This document shows, in pieces, positions 37,863-46,745 of a stretch of 46,745 nt of DNA. The notes beneath the pieces were generated by a model. It did no database searches. It was not told where the DNA came from and saw nothing but the letters and a program-made list of their open reading frames with translations. Source of the DNA: Trichinella spiralis (taxonomy: Eukaryota); NCBI RefSeq assembly GCF_000181795.1, contig NW_003526941.1, positions 9,692,353 through 9,739,097 on the forward strand. Direction: 5' to 3'. Each line of letters begins with the position of its first letter. Positions within the stretch are counted from its first letter, which is position 1. The position numbers and the translations under genes were made by a program.

Positions 37863-39266
37863 TTCAAATTAAACTTAGAACAACTTCACTGATACAAAGT
37901 AACCAAATGACAGTTGGCAATAACACTACTGTTTCTAAAACAAATTACTGAAAATCAAGTATTAAAGTATTATTCAAAACTTATTTTTTGCTTAATGAAA
38001 ATATTGAAAAAAATAAAATATGGCGCCTAATAAAAAATATTTCGTATTTTCTGGTAATTTACTTAACAGCAATGTTAAATTTTGTTTTAGTTTGAAAAAT
38101 CGAAATTGCATGCAATTTTGCACAACTGTAATATTAAGTGTCGTCAGGTTATCACTGTAGTTATTCAACAAATTCATCTAAAAATTTTCTTTAGGCGATC
38201 GAATTTTTACGCCTGTTCTTATTTCATAAATCCCAATTTTAGGAAAGAAATAAAGTTTGTAGAATATTCGAAATTCTTCAATCGAATTCTATTGCAATGT
38301 TCTGAAAAAGGGAGATTTGTTGATAATGAACTGTAAAGTAATGATATGAAATTTACCATATTCGAAGGTTTATTTCATTCTTCAAAATAAAGAAAAAATT
38401 ACATCATTGCAGTGATTGATATCATTCAACAGAAAAGTTATGAACAAATCAAATTTTCAGAACACTAGTGGCCAATTGGATTTCATTTTCTATGTCGACA
38501 TTTTATTGGCTGTTAGCGTTTGATTAGAAATTATTGCTGATCTATCTGGGTCATTTTTGAATTTCTGACTTGTTAGCATTGGTTCAATTTCTTAGCGTAT
38601 GTTTGTCAGATTCATTTGAAATCATCATGGATTAGCTGAATGGAACGAAACGAGTGCAGAATGGCTGTTCGAAGTAAAATGCCGTACAACCGTTAGCAGC
38701 ACAGATTTTGGCTTTTGTTTTTCGAATTTTTCTTTTTTATTTTCCAATTTCTCCATATTTCTTAAGAACATCACGAAAGGCCGATACGCATCAACAACCG
38801 GAGAATGTTGACTATGCTAAATTGAATAAATATGTTTTACTCATCTTGTGATTAGTTTTGAAACTAAGCAGATGAACTGATGTTCAATTCATAATTTATC
38901 AATATTTCAGTTGCAAGTTCTGAACGTTTTGTACGTATTGAGCGTTCTTTGATGAGTTCTGATTGTTTGGGCTATCTATTGTTGAATCTTTTCATAGTCG
39001 TCGTTGAAATTTCCTGTGTGAATTTATTTTCAAATCATGAGTAATATTTTTGTAACATTTTCTTATAAATCGGCATTTTGTTTCAAATTAACATTCATCA
39101 TATGATATTTCACTTCCTGTATTTATTTGATGTATAAATGGAAAGTTAATAAGCAACACGAAATAAGTGTTTTAGCAATGATGAAAAATGCTTATATTGT
39201 TGGCACTGTTGCACCTGAATCTTCTCTTAAGCAGAATGCATTATTTGTTAAGAAAATAAATCACAG

Positions 39267-39299
<33 letters not shown>

Positions 39300-40039
39300 G
39301 TAAATTTGCATACGCGCTTATTTGTTTTATTGCTATATTGGAAGTAATTTTAGTCTAACGCCGCCCGTTGGATGGAAGGACTGCGTTTTGATTGGATGAA
39401 AAATTGAATGAAGGGCAACATCAAGCGCCAAGCAATTCATTTGCTTTTTATTCATCATTATTTTTTGGAAAAATTTCTGAAAAATAATTTTTCAATCAAC
39501 ATCCAAAGAGCATGAACATCAACAATGAGAAGTCGATGCAATTGTTAGTAAGTGGCAGTTTTCTTTAATTTTATGCCATAATCATTTTAAAAATGCAATT
39601 GAGAATGGATATTGAGTTTATTTTTCAAGTGAGAATTGAATAGAGTTGAATTTATTCAAGTTTCAGGTGTAAATTAATCAATTAGCATTTTTAATAGATT
39701 TTCATTAATTACAATAAAGATGTGATTAGTGAATGATAAATTTTGAGTTGACTAATATTTGAAATTGGATTTTCAGTATCGCGCTATGCTTTGCTGAGAT
39801 GATAATAAACGTCAAATTTCTGTAAAATTGAGCTTGATTAAATAACACCCTGTACGCGTTGTTTATCTATTATTAAAATGTGGCTTTTCGACTATCACCT
39901 TTGCGGTAGATAATATGCACGTCCAATTGAATAAAGAAGCTTTTGCCAGCAAACTGCTCACTTCAGGGCGCCATGTTTTCTCAAAAGATTAGTTTCATTT
40001 GAACTACTTGGCTTTCTCGTTTAAAAAGAATTTAAACAT

Positions 40040-42900
40040 TTAGAGTTTTTTAGATTTCATCTAAGTCAAATTTTTTGTTATGGCGTTTTTTGTCAGATTG
40101 TTTACATTTTGACTAATTTTTAAAAATCAAGGTCATTTTTGAATTTTCAAATAGTCCTTATTGGTAGAATTGAACACTGCGTTTTTTCTGTTCATATTGC
40201 ATCGCTTCATAGGTTAAAATTTATCTTCATCAAGAAGTTCGAATGCACAAAAACCGGTTTCCAACGCTGCTCTATGCAAATAACGATCGCCATAAAAGGT
40301 GCTTTATCGTCGGTTAGGGTGCACTTGTTTGTTTGACTTACGTGGCAAATGGTAGCGTCGTGAAACGTTCTCTGAGTTTATGACGTTAAATAGTTGCTGA
40401 AGTCGATTTTGAATTGCTGAAAAGTAATTCCTCTTTTTTTTGACTTGTGCTATTTTTTTTTTCAAAATTTTCAATATTTATTTTCTGAACGTTATCGCTT
40501 AATTAAAATCAGTTAATTAATTTACAAATGAATTAATGAAGAAAAGTCAATTTTTAATTTGTTGTTACTTTGACTAAGTGATGAGACGAGAACATTTTTG
40601 ATTTAGCATTTTACATTTTTGCAGATACGAACAATGAAGAAAAAAGTGAAAGCGTGGTTGACACGAAAGAAAGCGCGGACGGCACGAAGCAGAACAAGAG
40701 AAGAGAAGAGGTATATGCTTTTTCTTGTTCGTCTTAATTCTGTTAGACTGGGCTAGGGATACTTCGAAAGGGCGAAGTTATTCCTATGTTAAATTAAGTG
40801 ACTTAAGATTGTTATATGTAAGATGTAAGTAAGATATTTTTAACTGTGAAATTCCATCTTTTGATTTTTATATTATGTTGAGACTAGGTAAGAATTCATT
40901 TTTATAATGTATTTCTATCGCCCTTAAATCAGTTTGAATACTGCGAGCCTTGTGTCTGTCCATTAAGCACAAATGCATCCATCGAAAATAATCTTTTCAT
41001 TAGCTAAATATGCTTACACTTGAAAGTGTCTTTATGTATAAGAAATGAACTTCCATTTATGTAGGGCATTTTTGAATTTTGAAATCTCAAGTCCAAACGT
41101 GCGGAGGCGTGTTTTGACTAAGTCAATGTTTTTATTATGGTGTTTTCTGCCAGATAGTTTATATTTTGACTGAATTGTAAACGTTAAGGTCATTTTTTGA
41201 ATTTTCAAATAGTCCTTATTGGTAGAATTGCACAGTGCAATTTCTCCTGTTCATATTATATTGCGGCATAGGTTAGAATTTGTCCTCAGTAAGAAGTTCC
41301 AATGCACAAAAACCGGTTTTGAACGCTGCGCTATGCAAATAACGATCGCCATAAAGGTGCCTTATCGTCAGTAAGGGCGCACTCGTTCGTTTGACTTACG
41401 TGGCAAGCGGTCGTGTTGTGAAACGTTCTCTGCGTACATGACGCTGAATAGTTGCTGAAGTCCATTTTCAATTGCTGAAAAGTAATTCCTCTTTCTTTCT
41501 ACTTGTGTTATTTTTTTTCAAAATATTTTCTACTCATTTTCTGAACGTTTCCGCTTAATTAAAACCAGTTAATTCATGTACTTGAAAATTGAATTTTCAA
41601 TTTGTTGTTAATTTTACTTCGTGATGAAGCGAATTTACATTTTTGATTTAATATTTAACATTTTTGCAGATATGAACAATGAAGAAAATAAGTAAAAACG
41701 CTGTCGACACGAAGCGAAACGCGGACGGCACGAAGTAGAACAATAAAAGAGAAAAAGTATGTGCGATTTCTTGTTTGTCTTGATTCTGTAAGACTGAATT
41801 CGAAAGCGCGAAGTTAATTTCTATGTTAAATGAAGTTAGTTAAGCTTGTTATATGTAAGATGTAAATAAGATATTTTACACTGCGAAATTTCATCTTTTG
41901 ACTTTTATATTATGTTGAGACTAGGTAAGAATTCATCTTTAGAAAGTATTTCTATCGCCCTTAAGTTTCTGTCCATAATAGAGCATCAGCATATATCGAA
42001 GATTATTTTTTCGTAAGCAAAAATAACGTTCACTTGCAAACGATTCACTTGAAAGTGTCTTTTTGTATAAGTAATCATCTTCCATTTATGTAGGGCATTT
42101 TTGAATTTTCAAATCTCAATTTCAAACATGCGAAGGCGTGTTTTGACTAAGTTAGTGTTTTTGTTATGGCATTTTCTGACAGATAGTTTATATTTTTACT
42201 GAATTGTAAACATCAAGGTCATTTTTGAATTTTCAAATTGAACAGTGCATTTCTCTTGCTCATATTGAATCGCGGCATAGGTTAGAGTTTGTCTTCGGTA
42301 AGAAGTTTCATTGCACAAAAACCGGTTTCCAGCGCTGCGCTATGCAAATAAAGATCGCCATAAAAGGTGCCTTATCGTCAGTTAGGGCACACTCGTTCGT
42401 TTGACTTACGTGGCAAGTCGTAGCGTCGTGAAGCGTTCTCTTAGTTTATTTACGACGTTCCCTAACCACTGAAGATCGTTTTTAATTGTTGAAAGTATTT
42501 CATATTTCTCGTTCTGTTACTTTTTTTCGAAACTTTTTATATAATCATTTTGTTAATGTTATTTTTAATTTAAAATAGTTGCTTCTTTTATTTCAAAATT
42601 CATTGTTCAATTTTTCGAATTTGCTATGTGATAAAGTGACAAAATTTTTGAATTAGCAATTAACATTTTTATAGATATGAACAATGAAGAAAAGAAAACG
42701 TGAAAACACGGGCGACTCGTTGAGCAGATCGCGGACGACACGAAACGGATCGCGGACGGCACGAAACAGATCACGGACGGCACGAAGCAGAACAAGAAAA
42801 GACAAAAGGTATATGTGGTTCCCCGTGGGTACCTATTCTGTAAGTCTGGGCTAGGGATACTTCGAAAGGGTGAAGTTATCCCATAGTTTTAATTAAGTTA
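40040..42900 (+). repeat. Tandem array of about three ~1.03-1.06 kb units
   Basis: Anchor CTAAGT(C/T)A at ~40061, 41118 and 42147. Each unit repeats AAGGTCATTTTTGAATTTTCAAAT, the AAAACCGGTTT..GGTGCCTTATCGTC..GACTTACGTGGCAA core and an exon-like AG|ATA.GAACAATGAAGAAAA segment. A further partial copy lies at 44580-44828. Confidence 0.9.
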
Positions 42901-43951
42901 ACGACAAACCTACATGGCTGAGTTTTGAATTAATGTGGTAGTTGGTCTTTCACGCAGCAAAATTTACGTATGCAATTGCTTTTCAGTGTCGAAATAATTT
43001 TTGACTTTCGCTTATTTTGTAATTTTTGTTTTTCTTTAATTACATAGTTTGATTTTGAACACTTTCCGAACCAAATTCTTTTTATTTTACTTTTTCTTAA
43101 ATTTTTCTTCTCATTCAAATTTTATTTTCGCCTCCTTTATTTCATACATTTGATTTTTCAATTTCTCCCATTATTTCTTTTAATTCTTTTTTATTTTCAT
43201 CCTTTTTTCTCATCTGTATTGTACATTTTTTTTTCAATTTTTTTCTCCAAATATTTTTTCCAAAGAAAACTCTGACACGTGAAAAGCATTGCATACAAAT
43301 ACGTAAACACGTAATAAACCGTAATGCATGTGGAGAAGAAAGAAGAAAAGTTGAGCAAGCCACGAGCGAGTGAACGGATGGTGGATAGGTTGGATCGAAT
43401 CGGTTGTTGGTCAATTGCGTTCGTTGGTCAACTGAGGTAAGTGTCGACATGTTGGAGAAGATACGATTTGCTGAATTTGAGCGTGAAAGGTTCTTCATTA
43501 CAAAGACACAATGAATAAAATATGTTACCATGTTCACAGACGTAACAAAAGGCCAATGCTGCGTTAATTCATAATGATGATGATCATGTAGGATTAGTTG
43601 ATAGGGGAATCATGTTTGCCATTAGTAGTTGCCAGCCAGCAATATTAAATAGTTTATAGGAACAAAAACAGAACAGTTAAAATGGGGAAAATAAAATTAA
43701 TACACGTAACACATTAAAAGTAAGAAAAAATTTTTTCTTTTAATATAAACCAAGAACAATGCAACAACAGCAATTCTTTATTAATGAAAAATTTTATTTT
43801 TCAAAAAAAAGTTTCAAATGTGCAATGTAATACAAACAAACAGATAAAGTCTGGCATAAATGAGTTCTGCGAAATGGCAAACATGCCTGGAGTGGGACTT
43901 GAAATATTTAAAGCAGGTGGAGGATGGAGAGACCAAAAATGGGCCCCATCC

Positions 43952-44242
43952 TGGAGCGTGAAGCTCCCTTCCCTTAGACAAGGGAGAGTGCAAACTCTTC
44001 CTTGCTCTTTGGGCAGGCAGAGCGCACGCTCCCCTTCCCTGGAGCGGGGAAAGCCTAGGCTTTCCGCGCTGAAGAGGCGGGTGAGACTTAGTTGTTTCAC
44101 CTGCCTCAGATGTGCGGGAAGTTTAGTTTTTTTCCCCGCTCCAAGGGGAGGGGGAGATAGTGCGTTTTTTGCCTGCCCAACAGAGTGGGGGAGATTTTGC
44201 ATTTTTCCTTGTCTTTAAGGGGGAGGAGATTCGCGCTTTCCA
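43952..44242 (+). ncRNA. Putative long rod-shaped hairpin RNA (hpRNA-like)
   Basis: 5' arm 43952-44087 pairs almost continuously with 3' arm 44094-44242 around loop TTAGTT, e.g. GAGGCGGGTGAGAC/GTTTCACCTGCCTC, GGAGCGGGGAAAG/TTTTCCCCGCTCC, TGGGCAGGCA/TGCCTGCCCA, AGACAAGGGAGAGTGCAAA/TTTGCATTTTTCCTTGTCT. About 20 G-U pairs by manual count. The fold-back is certain; transcription is inferred. Confidence 0.65.
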
Positions 44243-44283
44243 TTTTAAAAATTCAATACTAAAGGAGATCACTGTTATTCGTG

Positions 44284-44310
44284 TTTTTTTAAATTTTTTT
44301 TAAAAAAAAA
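44284..44310. terminator. Candidate bidirectional Pol III-type terminator (T7-AAA-T8-A9)
   Basis: T runs on both strands lie between the + strand hairpin and the - strand structured element that converge on it. Confidence 0.35.
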
Positions 44311-44316
44311 GTTTTT

Positions 44317-44498
44317 GGTTGCGGTGGGGACCTGCCCCCCTAGCTCTCCTGCCCCGTATTGTCCCCCCCACCAAGCCCTGCCCCGGAGACCCCCACGGCC
44401 TCATCGCCTCTAAGTTCCCGTACCGTCCTTCACGACTTTTTCCAAGATGACCCTGTCAGATCAGGGAACCCGATCCGCCGAAGACGTAGTCCCGCACC
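44317..44498 (-). ncRNA. Unassigned structured ncRNA candidate, type A copy 1
   Basis: Terminal stem GGTGCGGGAC / GTCCC..CCGCA.CC, followed by AAAAAC and a T9 run. Motifs ACTACGTC, GACAGGGTCATCT, AAAGTCG, ACGGGAACTT, GCCGTGGGGG, GGGGCAG..GAGCTAGG are shared with the element at 46461. Confidence 0.5.
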
Positions 44499-44558
44499 AG
44501 ATGGCGTGCGCTGTTAAGTGAATGCAAATTATCACACTGGCTCTGTGCTCTATGTATC

Positions 44559-44838
44559 NNNNNNNNNNCCATCAGTTGGGGCCATTTTGGATTTTTCCAA
44601 TGTCAATTTCAAACATGGGAGGGGGTGTTTTGGTTGAAGTTACTCGTCTAGGTTAAGGCATTTTCTGACAGTTCAATTTATATTTTTACTGAATTGTAAA
44701 CATCAAGGTCATTTTTGAATTTTCAAATTGAACAGTGCATTTCTCTTGCTCATATTGAATCGCGGCATAGGTTAGAGTTTGTCTTCGGTAAGAAGTTTCA
44801 TTGCACAAAAACCGGTTTCCAGCGCTGCNNNNNNNNNN
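44559..44838. other. Scaffold gaps (N10 at 44559-44568 and 44829-44838) around a short repeat-derived contig
   Basis: N runs. The enclosed ~260 nt matches ~42090-42338, and 44839-45220 nearly duplicates 44178-44558. Confidence 0.95.
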
Positions 44839-44978
44839 CAACAGAGTGGGGGAGGATTTTGCATTTTTCCTGGTCTTTAAGGGGGAGGAGATTCGCGCTT
44901 TCCATTTTAAAAATTCAATACTAAAGGAGATCACTGTTATTCGTGTTTTTTTAAATTTTTTTTAAAAAAAAAGTTTTT

Positions 44979-45160
44979 GGTTGCGGTGGGGACCTGCCCC
45001 CCTAGCTCTCCTGCCCCGTATTGTCCCCCCCACCAAGCCCTGCCCCGGAGACCCCCACGGCCTCATCGCCTCTAAGTTCCCGTACCGTCCTTCACGACTT
45101 TTTCCAAGATGACCCTGTCAGATCAGGGAACCCGATCCGCCGAAGACGTAGTCCCGCACC
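44979..45160 (-). ncRNA. Unassigned structured ncRNA candidate, type A copy 2 (possibly an assembly duplicate)
   Basis: Identical by eye to 44317-44498; this copy has its complete upstream region. Confidence 0.5.
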
Positions 45161-45198
45161 AGATGGCGTGCGCTGTTAAGTGAATGCAAATTATCACA

Positions 45199-45251
45199 CT
45201 GGCTCTGTGCTCTATGTATCCCTCATGCACATCAAAATTGCCGTCACACCT
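45199..45251 (-). promoter_or_regulatory. Upstream promoter-like cassette of type A element
   Basis: On the minus strand AGGTGTGACGGCAA (45251-45238), 21 nt, then CATAGAGCACAGAGCCAG (45216-45199). Matches the cassette at 46363-46412. Confidence 0.55.
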
Positions 45252-45414
45252 GACACTCAATATTACTGTACTGTCCTGCAGAGCCATCTCATGTTTGCAT
45301 ACTTACCGTATGATTTACAACTCATCATTACAAATTTACCGTATTACTCCTGCTTATATTTTTAATAAAAATGATAACTGCAAGCCTGTTGTTTCGTGTT
45401 ACGTAATAATTGCC

Positions 45415-45730
45415 TAATTAAATGTACAATTAAAAAAATATTACAACTCAGTTTTGTATTTACATTGTTTGTTATACATCCTAATTATTTATCAAAAAAC
45501 TCTCACTGCTGAAATATGTTACGAGTGACGTCATTTATTCTAATTAAAAAAATACAACTCATTTTTGTATTTACATTGTATGCTAAACGTCCTAATTATT
45601 TTTTTAAAAACTCTCATTGCTGAAATGTCGTTATGAGTGACGTCATTTAACCTAATTAAAAATTTAAAAAATACTCTCAGCATTGCATTTACGTTGCATT
45701 TTAATTCTTCTAATTAGCATATTAAAATTA
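45415..45730. repeat. ~112 nt tandem repeat (2 good copies plus 1 decayed) carrying CRE palindromes
   Basis: TACAACTCA.TTTTGTATTTACATTGT...AAAACTCTCA.TGCTGAAAT repeated. TGACGTCA at 45526-45533 and 45638-45645. Confidence 0.8.
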
Positions 45731-46362
45731 ATCTCATGCTTAGTACATTGCTTTCCTACATGTTACGGATTAATAAAAAGTCTATTTATAGAAGATTAAT
45801 TCCTATTTAAAAAGAGTTTAAACACTTGTTGCACCTTGCCTAAGCTCATTGTTTATTTCATTTATTCCAAGTTTATGATTATCTTTACATAATTAAAAAA
45901 GACCCCAATTAACATTTTTCATCAATAATTAATAAATATATTTATGTTAATTTAATGTTTACCATATTACATCCCTTTTAATTAATTGTTTATATTACAT
46001 TGTTTTAAAATAGAAAGTTGCTTTTATATTACATTGTTTTAAGGAAAAAACTGTTGCTTTTACATTAAAAAATATTATGAGCTGAAATTTAATAAAAGAA
46101 AAATACATTTTATAAGATTAAATGTAAATAAAAAATGGATTAAACTTATCTAATTTAACAATCATTACATTTGTCTAATTATTTGGTGAATGAAAATTAT
46201 ATTTTATTTAACATTTAAATTTTTTACGGAATAAATTTATGTATAAATGTTTAACAAATGTAAACTATTTAACACGTTTATAAGGAAAATATAGGTGGAA
46301 ATTAATTTTAACTTTATTGTGCCTAAACTGATGAAAGGTGCAACGCCAAATAAACTAGTTAA

Positions 46363-46412
46363 AGGTGTGACGGCAAATCAGATGTCAATCATTGGCATAG
46401 AGACAGAGCCAG
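46363..46412 (+). promoter_or_regulatory. Upstream promoter-like cassette of type B element
   Basis: AGGTGTGACGGCAA (46363-46376), 19 nt, CATAGAGACAGAGCCAG (46396-46412), then 20 nt to TAACAACGC, mirroring type A. Confidence 0.55.
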
Positions 46413-46460
46413 GTAATAATATTACAAACACATAACAACGCTTACCTCTGGATTGGAGCC

Positions 46461-46745
46461 GAAACAGAGTCCCAGCACTACGTCCACTGTGAATTTGCAT
46501 ATCTGCCTCTAGGACAGATATGACTTATGAATTCACACAGATGTTGAAATCCCATAGCGGAGTGCAATGCTAGAGGCTTCACATCTGGGACCATTCCTTT
46601 ACGAAATGGACAGAGTCATCTCTTGAAAGTCGATCCAGCCAGCACGGGAACTTGTGCAATGAGACTCAGCCGTGGGGGCCCCCGTTCAAGGGCAGGGGAG
46701 CGAGGGGCGGCGCAGGGGCAGTTGAGCTAGGCTTGACCTTGTTTC
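46461..46745 (+). ncRNA. Unassigned structured ncRNA candidate, type B (3' end at window edge)
   Basis: Closing stem GAAACAGAGTC / GACCTTGTTTC. Same six motifs in the same order as type A. A large insert between GTCCA and TGGAC folds into two long hairpins (GTGAATT..ATATCTG/CAGATAT..GAATTCAC and AGATGT.GAA/TTCACATCT). Confidence 0.55.

Noticed and set aside
42727..42789. CRISPR-like short repeats
   Set aside because: Head-to-tail 21-mers with no spacers, eukaryotic context, no cas genes.
43784..44218. Overlapping 144 aa (+) and 133 aa (-) ORFs
   Set aside because: No recognisable domain. They are explained by the GC-rich, stop-poor fold-back sequence.
44317..44498. Type A element as RNase MRP/P RNA or a group I intron
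   Set aside because: GGAAAAAGUC and ACAAUACGGGGC resemble MRP CR-I/CR-V but cannot form P4. The group I-like AAGACGTAGTC on the + strand is not conserved in paralogue B.
46461..46745. Type B as SRP or telomerase RNA
   Set aside because: GTCCCAGC resembles the Alu domain only locally. There is no helix-8 SRP54 motif and no GCCUAA template for TTAGGC.

Overview
AT-rich eukaryotic genomic window with short GT-AG introns. Gene content and transposon families suggest a clade I nematode, probably Trichinella (inference). Left to right: a multi-domain chitin-binding (peritrophin-A) gene running off the left edge (-), an ACR-8/LEV-8-group nicotinic receptor alpha subunit (+), KLHL20/diablo (-), two tRNA-Leu(UAA) genes, neuroligin nlg-1 (+), and a second non-catalytic cholinesterase-like adhesion gene (glit-1-like, +). 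The 4.5 kb last intron of that gene holds an antisense two-exon secreted cystatin-fold gene, a deleted piggyBac (TTAA TSD) and a deleted Ginger-type transposon (TATA TSD). A Gemin7-like ORF, a single-exon Tudor gene and degenerate duplications with a ~1 kb tandem array follow. The most unusual part is the right end (43.9-46.7 kb): a ~290 nt rod hairpin with about 20 G-U pairs, and two divergently oriented paralogous GC-rich structured non-coding elements that share an upstream promoter-like cassette, short internal motifs and sequence-divergent but pairing-conserved stems. I could not assign these to a known RNA family. Two N gaps near 44.6 and 44.8 kb make copy number there uncertain. All calls were made by eye, without database searches.
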